Positions 25,641 to 37,482 of a stretch of 64,000 nucleotides of DNA are shown one piece after another. The stretch is from NCBI GenBank assembly GCA_036867785.1, contig CP145423.1:124001-188000 (forward strand), read 5' to 3'. The notes beneath the pieces are model-generated. The model was not told where the DNA came from. It ran no database searches and worked only from the letters and a program-made list of their open reading frames with translations. Each line of letters starts with the position of its first letter. Within the stretch, counting starts at the first letter, position 1. This DNA comes from Plasmodiophora brassicae. Lineage: Eukaryota. Both the position numbers and the translations under genes were made by a program.

Positions 25641-26055
25641 AGCTCGTGACGTGCAAGGTCCAGCACACGACTACGGCGACGATGACGACGGGAGACGACG
25701 CTTGCCGCACCAGGATCCTATTTAAAGCCCGCCCTTTGCCGAGCCGGGGATGGCCAAAAATACCCTCCTGACGCCCGATGTACTACCGGCACTAATTCAG
25801 CACTTTGGGGCTTTTTGTCCCCAGTACTGCACTAATTCGGCACTATCGGGGGGTTCTCCCAGGTAGTGAGCCAGCGGCTACCAGAGGGTGTCGCACATGA
25901 TAGCGCTGGATATTTGGTGTACGGGACGGCGGCGCATCGCGAGGGACGGGACGCTGATCGAGCGAGACGGCGCAACCAATCACGCCAGTCACCACGGGGG
26001 CCAGTGCTGCGTGCATGTGTTTACTAGGACGGGGACACTCGACCACGAGCATCGG

Positions 26056-27393
26056 TCATCCGTGCTGCCAGGATGGGTCGGTGGTGCCAACGATGGAGTG
26101 CGCGTTGAGCGCCGCGACGTCGTCGTCGGTCAGGCGCCATCCGAGGCACATTGCGTTTTGGGCGGCCTGCAGGCCGTTCTTTGCCCCAGCAACAGGGACC
26201 GCTCCTGGAGGCGCCATGATCATTGCTCGATACGCCGTCACTCAGCCGCGAGTACCTTTGGACATGACCCAGTTGAGTGCGACGGCCGGAACAGGGACGG
26301 CATGGTGCTGGGCGATCCGACGCATTGTGTCGAGTAGCGGCTCCAGTTCCTCCATCTTGTAATCGCTGAACCTGCGCCCGGATGGAGGTGGATTCGACGC
26401 CGAGTACTTGCCGGTCAGGCGACCCATCCCAAGCGGGGAATACGCCAGCAGGACGATCCCGGCGTCTCGGCACGCATCGACCATCCCGTTCTCCAAAGGC
26501 AGCGTCCTCGTCAGGCTAAATTCGACCTGGTTCGTCGCCAACTGGATCCCGTGCTCATCACGAAGACGCTCGTAGACCGTCATCATCTCCTCGACGGAAT
26601 AGTTCGACACGCCGACCGTCTTTGTCCAGCCTTGGCGAACGGCTTCAGCCAATGCATCCGCGATGGTGTTCAACGACACCTGATGAATCGGGCCATGGAC
26701 CTGCACAGGGCACGATCTCGTCAGTGCAGGACATTCGGGAGCACACGCAGGATGTACCTGATAGAGCTCGACGAAGTCGACACCGAGCCGCTGCAGGGAG
26801 TTCTTCAGGGCGTCAAGCAGCACCTCGGAGTAGTTGGTCTTGCCGGGCAGCGGCAGGAATTTCGTGGCAATGGCGACCTTGTCCCGCACCTTGTCACGAG
26901 CAATGAACCGACCGAGCAGGCGCTCGCTCTCGCCATTGCCGTACTTCTCGGCTGTATCGAACAAATTGATCCCCGAGCGGATCGCCGTGCGGAACGCGTC
27001 CATGTCGTCGGCCTCGCTCTCCGGCGTCCACTTCCACGTCGGCCGGTCGCCCCAGCTCCAACACCCGACCGCGACCGGCGCGATATCCACCGTGTCCGCC
27101 AGCACGACCTTCGTCGACGCAGTCGGGATCTGTGCACACAGAACACACCACCAGTCATGAAACGCCGAAGCTGCACATACGCGGTCGCGCGCACGCGAAT
27201 GCTCGTCAGCGGTTCGGTCGCATGCGGTTCGGCAACTTCCGCCTGCGAGCTCAGCAGCCGCCCCGCATAACGTCGCCCAGGCGCGACGATCCACACTCGC
27301 GCACGCATCATCAGGGGCCACGTAGGTACTGTAGTAAAGCCGGCCATGCGCCCGCAGATTTTCCCAGTTTGTCACCTCGCACTTACCCGTCAT
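26056..27393 (-). CDS. Aldo-keto reductase
   Basis: GCWSWGD, FDTAEKYGNGESERLLG, IATKF, SLQRLG, VGVSNY, NQVEFS and LAYSPLGMG motifs; start codon uncertain. Confidence 0.92.
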
Positions 27394-27567
27394 CGTTGTC
27401 TTCCGCAGCGGGGACGCTGCCTGGCAGCACGCGGCAGCGCTGAACCGTAGCCAGCCATCGGTAGACGACACGCCTTGTATATGGTCGTACTTGCCGCTAT
27501 CTCCAGACGTCACGAGCAGGCCTGACGGCACGTGTATTTTGGGAAACGGCGTCGTGATCACGCGCTT

Positions 27568-27831
27568 TCAGTTGGGCAGATCATCTTCGAAGACTAGTTC
27601 GCCCAAGGGCGCATTGTCGGGTTCCACTGGCAGCGTCGCCTGCAGGATGCTTTCGTCGAACCGCGTTTCGTCGCCGACGTCGACAGGTGCGTAGCCGGTC
27701 GCTATCACGTCTCCCGCGGCGGCGCTCTCCTGCACCTGATCTCGTGCGGCTGGGACTGCACGGGCGCCCGGCTTGCCTGTCATCGAGAACGCCCGGCACG
27801 GCCTGCGTAGCAGTCGTGCGGGCCGCCACAT
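27568..27831 (-). CDS. Small hypothetical protein (87 aa) with mitochondrial presequence-like N-terminus
   Basis: MWRPARLLRRPCRAFS followed by an acidic C-terminus. Confidence 0.4.
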   Translation of the reverse strand: MWRPARLLRRPCRAFSMTGKPGARAVPAARDQVQESAAAGDVIATGYAPVDVGDETRFDESILQATLPVEPDNAPLGELVFEDDLPN

Positions 27832-28146
27832 TCGCGCTCTCTGTGACTTGAACGGAATCGGAGGCTCCGGGCCCGTACTCACAGTGACTGCACGAGCAGT
27901 CATCATTACCACGATTCAGGTGCCCGGGAGGCATCGCCTCTTCGGAGCTCGGCCACAACGTTATAATGCAGCCTACAGCCCACTTTGCCATCGCCACGGT
28001 GGGCCGTCCCGGCGTATTAGGTAGTTGCCCTACAGATGGCAACCATGGAGCTGTAAGGTCCCCAGTTCAAGGCATGATGAGGTCGCCCCAAAACAATCCA
28101 GGTGACCGACGTGGACGAACGGCCCGTCCCGCAAACCGCGCCCCGC

Positions 28147-29375
28147 ATGGCAGCAGCGGCAGCGGAGGAGGCGCTGTTCGCCCAGCTGAACGGTGCGTTT
28201 GACAGCGACCCGCTGATGGACGAGCTGGGCCTGGTGCTGTCGGCAGCCCCGACCGAGTTTGGCGACACCAGCGGCGACGTCGGCGCGGGTGGCGAATCCG
28301 GGGCCGCCGACGGGGGTCGGTTGCTGGGGACGGCGGCAACGGGCACGCTGCTGATTCGCGTGCCTGTGCAGGGCCGCCGTTTTACCACAATCACCACAAG
28401 CTCGGCATTGCGTTCTATGCCATCCCGATTCTTATGCCGTACGTGTCCAGGCTGTTCAACGACATGCGACGAAGGCTTCTCGGTAAACCGCGCGCATCGT
28501 CATCAGTGCTTCGACGCCTGTACTTACTGACCCCCACTTGTACAGACGAACCGGGCGCCCCAGTCGACGCGATGCTCATGCACCAGGTTACCCGGGCCCT
28601 GCTTCTGGTCAACGCAGACCATTACACGGCCTGGGCGCAGCGTCGTCGCCTGATCACGCGTTCCGTCGTTGACGAGGCCGACGAGCTCCGCCTGGTCAAT
28701 TTGATCTTCTCGAAGCACCCGAAGAGCGGCGAGGCCTGGGCGCATCGTCGATGGCTGCTGGGCCGGCTCGGCCCCGCGTACTTTGACGCCGAGCTCGCGT
28801 CGTGCGATCGGTTCTGCGACGTGTACCCGCGAAACTATTACGCCTGGACGCACCGCCGATGGATCACTGATCAAATGTCGGACGTCGGCGCGCTCCTCGA
28901 ACGGTCTCGCCAGTGGATTGCCGTCCATGTGTCCGACTTTAGCGCGCTGCACCATCGCGAGACGCTGCTGGTGCGCGTCGCCGACCTGGCCCTGCTGGAC
29001 GACGAATTCGATACCGCCCATCGGCTCTGCCGGCTGTACCCTGGGCATGAAAGCCTGTGGCAATTCCTCCGTTTCCTCTGGACCCATTTCCGGCGTCTCG
29101 CCACCGACGACGGTGCGGTGGTGCGACGAGCAACGGAGATGGCGTTTGCCGACGACTGCATCCGCGATGACGACTCCGCGTTCTTCGAGCGTCAACGTGG
29201 GTACGCGGCATCGTACCAGGTCTGGCTGGTCCAGGACGACGTCGCCAGCAGCGACTCCGCTCGAAGAGCGGCCATTGACCTGTGCGAACGACAGCGCCAG
29301 TGGTGCCCGGCGCATCGTGTCTTCTGGCGCCGACGTGCCGACCAGCTTCTGAATGTCGAATATACGGCCCGATGA
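28147..29375 (+). CDS. PTAR1: Protein prenyltransferase alpha subunit repeat-containing protein
   Basis: PPTA repeats NADHYTAWAQRR, HPKSGEAWAHRRW, YPRNYYAWTHRRW, HVSDFSALHHR and YPGHESLW; one intron. Confidence 0.85.
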
Positions 29376-29499
29376 TGAAGCGCTGCTATGTGCACGCCGT
29401 TATCAACACGTCGTGGCGTTGCACTAGCCCGGTGCTGTTCGTGTGGCGCTGTCACGACCTATCCGTCGGAGGCGCGGCTCCGAGTACCCGACTCCGCGT

Positions 29500-30097
29500 C
29501 CTGCCGCATCAGTTGCCGGTTGCGACCCAATGACAGCAACGCGCGCGTTGGGACAATTGTATTCGTTATGGACATGGGAGGGCGTGCAATCGCGCTGAGG
29601 GGCGGGGGCAGACGCTCAGCTGACTTCGTGGAGGGCGTCGTAGATCGTGCCTTCCTCCGCGACAAACTTGCCGGGCTCGTCCTTGAACCGGTTCTTGGCG
29701 GCGCTGGACGGCTTCACGATCGTCCAGGAGATGTCGTCCGGGCCGCCCTCCTTCGCGTCCGGCACCGGATGGCCTTCAGGCGATTCGTTGGCGCTGGCCC
29801 CCGGGGCGGCGCGTGGCTCCGGGCCGGTGTACCCTTCCTGAATGCGCTCGACGATCAGGGCCCGAATGCCGTCGGCGTTCGGCGCTTCGCCGAGGCCATC
29901 GAGCATGGCCAGGGCCTCCTTCAGCGATCGCTGACGCATGGAGCGCGCCGGCAGGCGATCGATGGCATGATCAGGCCGATCTCGACGTCCGCGCTGGACA
30001 GGTTCGGATCGGCGGGCGCCGGGCCGCAGTCGACGGCCGTCGCCGGCGCCTGGCTAGGGACGCACCACGTGAACGCGCGCTTGAGGCCCATCACCAT
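29500..30097 (-). CDS. Hypothetical protein (boundaries uncertain)
   Basis: Coding-like frame MRQRSLKEALAMLDG...TIYDALHE ending at a splice donor. Confidence 0.4.
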
Positions 30098-30214
30098 CCC
30101 CACACCCAGCTGTCTGTCTGTCTGCACCTCTGTCCACAGACGCGCACCAGTCACCGCTGCCCGGTGCTAGTCCTACGTGTCCACACTGTGCCCGACTCCT
30201 GGTGCATGTTCCCA

Positions 30215-30831
30215 GTCACAGCCCCGATCGGTAACATTGGCCAGTGGGCGCGGCGCCGCCAGGTACGTAGGTAGGTGGCAGCGCTGCTGCCCCCCAGACG
30301 CCCCCGCGGCGAACCTTCCCCTCGCTGTGGCCGAACAGGCCCTGCACGTTCCCGCCGCAGCGACCGACACGCGGCCTCGTCTAGTATATACAGAGAAGCG
30401 GATACCTATCGACCGGTCTATTATACGCTAGCCGAGCGTCGGCACCTGGTTCCGGACCAGCCCCTGCTGCTTCTTCCGGGCGCGGTGCTGCCGGACGCGC
30501 TCCCGAACCTTGGCCCGCTGGATCTCGATCTGCCGCGCCCGCTCCTCCGACGGCAGCTTCTCGATCTTCGCCTTCTGGTTCAGCCGGTCTGCCGCACACA
30601 CGGTATCGTTAGCCCAGCGTGCGCGCGTCGTCGTCGGTGCGACCCCCGTAACGTGGGCGTCCCCTTACAATTGCGCATGTACGTCCGCATCCGCTGCCGG
30701 TTCGGGTTGACCCTGGGCGCCGCTGCCGCCGACGGTTTAACGTCGACGGGCGCCGCCGTCGCCGGTCGGTCGGTGCTGGCGTCGTCGGCGCCGGCCAGAT
30801 GCGCCATCCCGTTGCTGTCGTCGAGGCCCAT
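30215..30831 (-). CDS. Hypothetical basic coiled-coil protein
   Basis: RQRMRTYMRNY|RLNQKAKIEKL...RERVRQHRARKK across an intron; 3' end uncertain. Confidence 0.45.
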
Positions 30832-31042
30832 GGCACGCACCGAGGTCGGGCCGCGCCGCGCGCACTGTGCTGACGTGCCGCGCCGCTGCCAGGTTGGCTG
30901 CCGGGGCACCGCCACGGACCAATCGCGTTCGCTGCGGTCGTTCGTTGTTCGGCGACAGCGACACCTGCCTGCCAATTGGGGCCCAACGCTGGTATCTATG
31001 TACAAACAGGCGCAGGCAGCGTTTAGTGGGAACGATTGCGGA

Positions 31043-32064
31043 TCAGGAGAGGAGCGATGCGATGCCCGGGAGGAAGTGGCGTCGACAGAAGACCCTGCCG
31101 TCGAAGACGTGCACGGCATCGCTCCTGCCGAGGGCGTGCGGCGCCGAGTGCTCGCACACGAGGCACTCCTGGTGGAAGACGGCGTCGGATCCGGTGGCCG
31201 AGAACCCGCCGAATGCCAGCCCGCACTGGACGGCCTGCTTGCACGCGCCGCACGTTGGCAAGGCGCCCTGCGTGCCCTCCGTTGCATGGTGCTGCTCGCA
31301 TCGGACGGTCATGTCGCGCCCAACGTAGAACCGGGACGCGTCCAGCTTCGCCGGGCAGTCCTTGCACCTGAAATGGTCGTCGTACCAAACCCTGCCGAGC
31401 GCGCGGACGACGGTCTGGTCCAGGTGCACCGGTCCGTCGCACGCGTCGCAGGTCTCCTTGAAGCGCCTGGCGAAATCATCGGCGCACAGCACGTCGCCGT
31501 CGATGATGACGTGCGGCGCGTCGCGAAGTTCGCACCGACAGGCGCTGCAGACGTGGCAGTGCACGTGCAGTGTGCGATCGCCGATCTGCAGGTAGTCTCC
31601 AGGCGGAATCGGCAGGTGGCACTGGGAGCACGACATGCACTCGTCAGGGACCGGCGCCGGCGCGTGCGTCATGCAGCAGACGTCCTTGTCGTCGTTCTGG
31701 GTGAAGGAGTTGCTGCCCAGAAGGCTGACGTTGCAGACCTTGCAGCGGAAGTGGTGCTCGTGCCACGCCTGGTCGCCGATCTTCAGTGCCCGGCCCAGTA
31801 TCGGCTCCCGACAGGTTGTACAGCGCGGGGCGAACCTCTGCGACGACGTTAAGTGCTTAGCAATTCAGTACCGGGTGGCTCCCTGACCTCGGCAAAGCAT
31901 TCCGGGCAGTACGCGGCAGCATTCCGCTGAACATAGCCCAGACCGGCCAGGCCCGTTCGACACGCGGAACATGTGAAGCATGCGGCGTGTAAGTCGCCAA
32001 TACCGGGCACGGTCACGCGCTGGCTTCCCAGCGCGTTGTGGCAGCCAGTGCACACGGTGGACAT
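31043..32064 (-). CDS. Multi-LIM domain protein (paxillin/FHL-like)
   Basis: About five CxxC...HxxCxxCxxC...C LIM repeats; one intron. Confidence 0.9.
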
Positions 32065-32337
32065 CAGGGATGACGTTTGCTCGCGGCCAATTAGGTCGTC
32101 TGCGGTCCCGAGGCAGGCGAACGCAGTCTAATTTCGGAAACGGAGCCGACCGTAGTGGCACCAAGTTTAGAAGGCAGCGCCGAGCACCGGGTCGAACCTT
32201 GCATGGCGCGCAGCCGGCGTGTTCCATTACACGTTTGTACAGAGTAGCAAAACCGGCAACAACTGGCCCGGTCCACAGCACAGAGCCGAATCTCGACACG
32301 CGATCAGTCACAGCCTGGCTGCAGGCGAAACCCAGCG

Positions 32338-33850
32338 ATGCTGACGGACGCGTCTGCGTACCCAGCTGGCGCAGGTGCTGCGATGGGCCTGATCGTCGTG
32401 CTAGTTATCCTTGTCGTCGCACTGGCGAAGAAGGCCCTGATCCACGGGACACCTGGCACGAAACGCCTTCCAGGGGGAACGGGGCTTCCCTTCGTTGGCG
32501 AATCGCTGTCGTTCCTGTGCAACATGCGCGGGTTTATCTCAGAACGCCATCGTCGTTATGGTCCTGCGTTTCGCACGCACCTGTTCGGGACGCCAACCGC
32601 CGTCCTAAGCAAGCCTGACGACGTCAGGAAGGTCCTTCTCGGCGAAGGCAAGATTGTCCGGATGCGGCTGATGAAACCGATTCACAACTTGATGGACGGG
32701 TCGCTGTTGTCCCAACATGGCGACGAGCATCGACAGTACAGACGAGTATTCCAGCAGGTCTTGTCGCCCAGCGCGCTGGAGAATAGAATCCCCGAGATCT
32801 CCCACATCGTATCAGGTATCGTGGCACAATGGCCGGCAGGGAAGGCCATCGATATCAACAAGGACATCCATCAGGTCGGGTTTCCAGATAAATCAGAAGT
32901 TGTGATCACCTGACCGGCCCTGTCCACCAGATCGTGTTTCGACTGAGCCAAACCGTCGTGTTTGGGAGATTCGACGAGGAACTTACGAAAGTGATCGATC
33001 CACTCTTCCAGACCTACAATCGGGGCATGATTTCGCTGCCGGTCAATCTGCCCTGGACACACTATGGGTCGGCGATTCGCGCTCGTCGGAAACTGGCTAA
33101 CGTTATCGCCGAGGAAGTCGCCAAACGCGACAGCGGCGACCACGAGCCTGGCCTGGTCGCGGCCTTACTGGACGAGGAAGGCGCACAGGTGCCAGCCCAG
33201 GCAATGCTCGGACTACTAGCGGGTTACGAAACGACAGCGTTCACGATCGCGATCGTTCTGCACACGATGGCGCGGTACCCCGATATCATCGAGCGGCTGC
33301 ACAAAGAGCACGTCACGATTATGGGGTCACTGCAGCCGATCACACAGCAGAGCGACCTGAAACAGCTAACCCTGTTAGACGCCGCGGTAAGGAGCATTTG
33401 CAGATTCCACACTACCTTTAGCGCCCTCACCCTTCCGTCAAGGTTCGCGAGAGCATGCGTCTGTTTAGCACGGCGCCCGTCGCTGGCCGGGTCTGCACCG
33501 AATCGTTTACGACGTCGGATGGGTTCCTCGTTCCAGCAGGGTACATGGTGTTCGTCGGGCTGGACGCATTGCCGACCCGGTTCGCGTCCATCGAGCAGCG
33601 CGAACAGTTCTTGCCCGACCGATACCTGAACCCGGAAACAGCGCCGAAACGGTGGGACGAAGCGCCGTTCGGTGGAGGACCACGAAGCTGTGTCGGATCA
33701 GACTTTGGACTCCTGATGGTCAAGCTGGTCGTGTCGGACGTCGTCCGACGATATCGTTGGAGGTTGCCGGACGCTGCTGGGGAATTGCCTCCGTCGAAGC
33801 ATTCGCTGGAAATCATTCTGGAGCCCCGGCCCAGCAACGGAACCCGATAA
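32338..33850 (+). CDS. Cytochrome P450
   Basis: TM anchor, LPGGTGLPFVGES, I-helix AGYETTA, ExxR (ESMR), PDRY and heme motif FGGGPRSCVG; two introns. Confidence 0.95.
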
Positions 33851-33874
33851 ACGTCGAGATGTGCCCAGCATCCG

Positions 33875-34708
33875 TCATGCTGCAGTGCCCAGAATATGAA
33901 CCCTCCCGGCGCCATCAGCGACGGCGGCCAACTTCGCGCATGGATGCCACTCCACACAGGATACGTCGGCGCCGAAGTCGGCCTCCAGCAGCGCCCCGTT
34001 CGACGTCTGCAGCACGTCCCAGATGGCGGTCCGCCCACTTACAAACATCAGCACCAAGAAGGACCCAGAAGCCTGCAACCCGCATAGGACTTCCCTTTCG
34101 GGAACCAGACTGCTCAAATCAACAGTCGCAGATGGACGTGGGCCGACGCGTTGTACAGTGATTGCCCTGGCGGACAGCAGAGAGGCCACAGCGAATCCGG
34201 GCGAACCTTCGGGCTGAAGAATCGAACGCGATAGCGCGTGTTGCGTATTGGGAAGCGAACACACAACGTCGCCACTCTGTAGGTGAAGGACGGTCGAAGA
34301 ACCATCCTCAAGGACGACGACGACGACGGAATCGTCGTTGGAGACATCAAGCGCGGCGACTGGCACCGAAGGAATATCGGGCGCGTACCGCCATTGTTGT
34401 CGCAGCGTTGCCGGATCCCAGCTGGAGACAAACCCGATCCCGGCAGCGACGATGTGCCCCGACGTGCAGCGTAATCGCTGAACGGCATCAGCGACCTGTA
34501 TCGACCGAGCGCCCAGCCATACGCGTTGCCCGTCAGCGGCGACGGCGATCCGCCCATCGCGACCCCAGGCGACGTCTTCCACCGACCGGAACTCGTACGC
34601 CTGCAGACGAACCCACTGCCGGCCGCGCCGCAACGTCTCCCCGAACGTCATGACGGAGCCAACCCCGGCGACGACGGCGACGACCGGTGCGTGACGCGCG
34701 AAACACAT
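33875..34708 (-). CDS. WD40/beta-propeller-like protein
   Basis: 277-aa ORF with beta-rich repeats, including AIWD and VSCVEWHP; may extend 5'. Confidence 0.55.
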   Translation of the reverse strand: MCFARHAPVVAVVAGVGSVMTFGETLRRGRQWVRLQAYEFRSVEDVAWGRDGRIAVAADGQRVWLGARSIQVADAVQRLRCTSGHIVAAGIGFVSSWDPATLRQQWRYAPDIPSVPVAALDVSNDDSVVVVVLEDGSSTVLHLQSGDVVCSLPNTQHALSRSILQPEGSPGFAVASLLSARAITVQRVGPRPSATVDLSSLVPEREVLCGLQASGSFLVLMFVSGRTAIWDVLQTSNGALLEADFGADVSCVEWHPCAKLAAVADGAGRVHILGTAA

Positions 34709-35091
34709 CTGCCACCGACATCGTCAGCCAGCTGCGACCGACCCAAACATTATGGACGACTCGTCAGTGCAGCAGCAGCAGCTGCCGCCGCGAACGTCTC
34801 GAGACACACGCACGACCTTTCGGATGGGGTGGCCGACCGCAACGCAGCAGCGGATCCCGAGCTGCGGCACGTCGGCAGCGGTCAGGCGGCCGGGTGCCTT
34901 CGCGACGGACCGCCTGCGCCGCCGCGACGGTTCCATTCGAAAACGCCGCCGTCGCCCGATCGTGTCGCGACGAGTGCAATGGGGAAACCCGCTGTCGCAG
35001 GCCCGCCCCGCGATCGGTGTGGGGTGTATAGCGACACGTTTGGTGCGTTGTTCCACTTCGGTTGGCGTGCCCCGGTCAATGAAGCGCACGA

Positions 35092-35946
35092 GTGGCCAAA
35101 ATGGTGATGGTGTCGCGGCGTGTCGCGATGCTGCCGGGGGCTGTCGCGGGCGCCGCTCTGCTGATCGCGGCTGCCAGGCCGGCCGTTGCGCTGCCGGCGC
35201 TGATTGCCCAGGGCATTGCCGTGTTTGCGGCGATCATGTGGCGAGGGCGCCCGTTGCCCCAGGATCTGGCGTACCACCGCTTCGTGGACCAGCGCACGTG
35301 TCGCGTCTGTTCGCCGCTGCTCTCCGTGCCGAACGCATCCGACGTCGTGAGCAACATCGTGTTCTTCGTGTTCGGGGTCGACGGTGTCGTTGCCGTTGCC
35401 CAACCCGGTCGTATTCCATTGCGGTCGCCAGCAGCCGAGTATCCCGCCCTACTGACCTTGTTCGTATCTGTCACGATGGTGGCGTTCGGGTCGGCGTACT
35501 ACCATTGGAGGCCCTGTAATCGTCGCCTGGTGTGGGATCGGCTGCCCATGTCGTTCGGGTTTGCATCCGTGATCTATTTAGTCGTATGCGAGCGGGTCCC
35601 AGTCAGCGTTGCATGGTTGTGTGTGCTTGTAGTTATCAGTGCTACGAGTGTGATCTATTGGGCTGTGGTCGACGACCTTCGCCCGTACCTGTTCGTGCAG
35701 TTCTACGGAATCGTCTTCCTCATTCAGGTGATGGCCGTGCTCCCGTCGCTCTACACGCACGCATCGTTGTGGCCCACCGTTCTCGCCGTCTACGTCCTCG
35801 CCAAGATCGCTGAGGTCCTGGACGCCCAAATATTTCGCTGGACGAAGCGCACCGTTTCGGGCCATACCGTTAAACACCTCCTCGCTGGTGTCATCTTCAA
35901 GCACGTCACCCTGACACTTAAACAACGCCGACTACTAACTGGGTGA
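35092..35946 (+). CDS. Alkaline ceramidase-like (CREST superfamily) membrane protein
   Basis: YHRFVDQR, SN, GSAYYH, WDRLPM, DLRPY and SGHTVKH motifs; multiple TM segments. Confidence 0.85.
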   Translation: MAKMVMVSRRVAMLPGAVAGAALLIAAARPAVALPALIAQGIAVFAAIMWRGRPLPQDLAYHRFVDQRTCRVCSPLLSVPNASDVVSNIVFFVFGVDGVVAVAQPGRIPLRSPAAEYPALLTLFVSVTMVAFGSAYYHWRPCNRRLVWDRLPMSFGFASVIYLVVCERVPVSVAWLCVLVVISATSVIYWAVVDDLRPYLFVQFYGIVFLIQVMAVLPSLYTHASLWPTVLAVYVLAKIAEVLDAQIFRWTKRTVSGHTVKHLLAGVIFKHVTLTLKQRRLLTG

Positions 35947-36129
35947 TTATTCCCAGGCATTCGAACCAGTATGGCAGTCGAAAGCTTCCCCCAGACTACG
36001 TAGGCGACCTGAGGCAAGCGCAAGGCAACCAATGGGGCGGCCTGCGAGGTTACGGAAGCGGAATGTTCCAGTGGTCACCTGGTCTGCACAGTCACGGAGT
36101 TTCTGGGAAGGCAGACGTGTTCGTGGGCC

Positions 36130-36984
36130 ATGAGCGCTGCCCGAATGTGGCTAATGGCAGTCGGCATTGCCGTGCTCGGGTCTGTGGCGGCGCAGCTGGT
36201 GCCAGTGCCGACCTGGCCAGATCCAGCATCGCCGTCTGATGATCCGGCGCCTCCGGTGCAATCGGGTCGGGCGCGTCGACAGGCGCGCTTCCAGGCCGAG
36301 CGTGATCAGCTGCTGTCCTCCGTGCAGATGGCGCTCTCGGTCAATGCCTCGATCCAGGGTCGATTGGATGCGCTGGATCATATTGCGGATTTGACGATGG
36401 ACCTCGAGCACGCCCAAGCGCTGTCCTCAATGGACCTGTTTAGGCAGTTAGTCGGTGCTCTAACGGCGTGCCTGAATACGACGCCTCAGACATGCTCGAC
36501 ATCGGAACTATCAAGCTTGCTAAAGCGCCAAAGTCGCGCGGATGGATGTGATGCTCTTGCGGCACAGATCTGTATTGTCCTCGGGAGCGCGGCGGCCTAC
36601 AAACCTTCCATCGCAGCCGCTGTTCGGGAAGCGGGAGCGCTAACGCCATTGGTATCGCTGGCGTTTGTGGCCCCTCAGTCTCGTGAATCAACTCATCGCG
36701 CGCTGTATGCCCTGAATGCTTTGGTCAGGCATGACGATACCAGTGCCGTGCTTGTTTCTGCCGACGCTGCCGCCGTCAATGCTCTGGCCGCGCTCGTCTA
36801 CAGACGGCAACATCACACGCGCGCTCTGCAAATGGTAGAGACCCTGGCGCATCTACTGCCCGTTCGGTTGTGTGATCAGGTTGCGGAAGCGATTGTGGCC
36901 GGCGACTCCAGAGGTCAGGCGTTCCAGGCGGCCCTGGCGCTTATTGACCACCATGGTAGCTATACCGTTTTCCGGTCCTTTTGA
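36130..36984 (+). CDS. SIL1/HspBP1-like armadillo nucleotide exchange factor
   Basis: Signal peptide plus ALDHIADLTMDLEHA, VLGSAA and RALYALNALVRH. Confidence 0.65.
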   Translation: MSAARMWLMAVGIAVLGSVAAQLVPVPTWPDPASPSDDPAPPVQSGRARRQARFQAERDQLLSSVQMALSVNASIQGRLDALDHIADLTMDLEHAQALSSMDLFRQLVGALTACLNTTPQTCSTSELSSLLKRQSRADGCDALAAQICIVLGSAAAYKPSIAAAVREAGALTPLVSLAFVAPQSRESTHRALYALNALVRHDDTSAVLVSADAAAVNALAALVYRRQHHTRALQMVETLAHLLPVRLCDQVAEAIVAGDSRGQAFQAALALIDHHGSYTVFRSF

Positions 36985-37482
36985 TTTGTCTCTCATTGCC
37001 GAATGCTGATTTCCGTATTCTAAAGGTGAGGTATGCTGCCGGAAGGTGATGCGGCCCGATGTAGTCGCTATATTACAAGGCCACCAATGCGACATCGATG
37101 ACGACCACGAGCGCGCTGTCATTGGCCGTCTTCTCTCCCGGTACGAATACGACAGGAATGTCACCGCGTTCTCGCAAGGCATGCCGATTTAGCAAGCACA
37201 TCGACTCCACCATGGTTCCAAAGTCTGTAAATTGAACAGGAAATTTATTTATTAGGTGTCGGCGCATTGTCGGCTTTTCGCATTAACCGGGCCTGAGCGC
37301 GGCGCATCGTTCTATCACACGCCGCCCAGCACTCAATTTGCGGGTTCTGCGATCATCCGCGGATGCATTGCGGAACGCACGCACCTCGGCTGCCGTTTTG
37401 TTGTACGGTGCCCTTATAGTCCGCAAGACCGCATTCCGGTTGGTATTGCTGCGTTGTGGGTGCCCGGTGATCCACACTCGCA

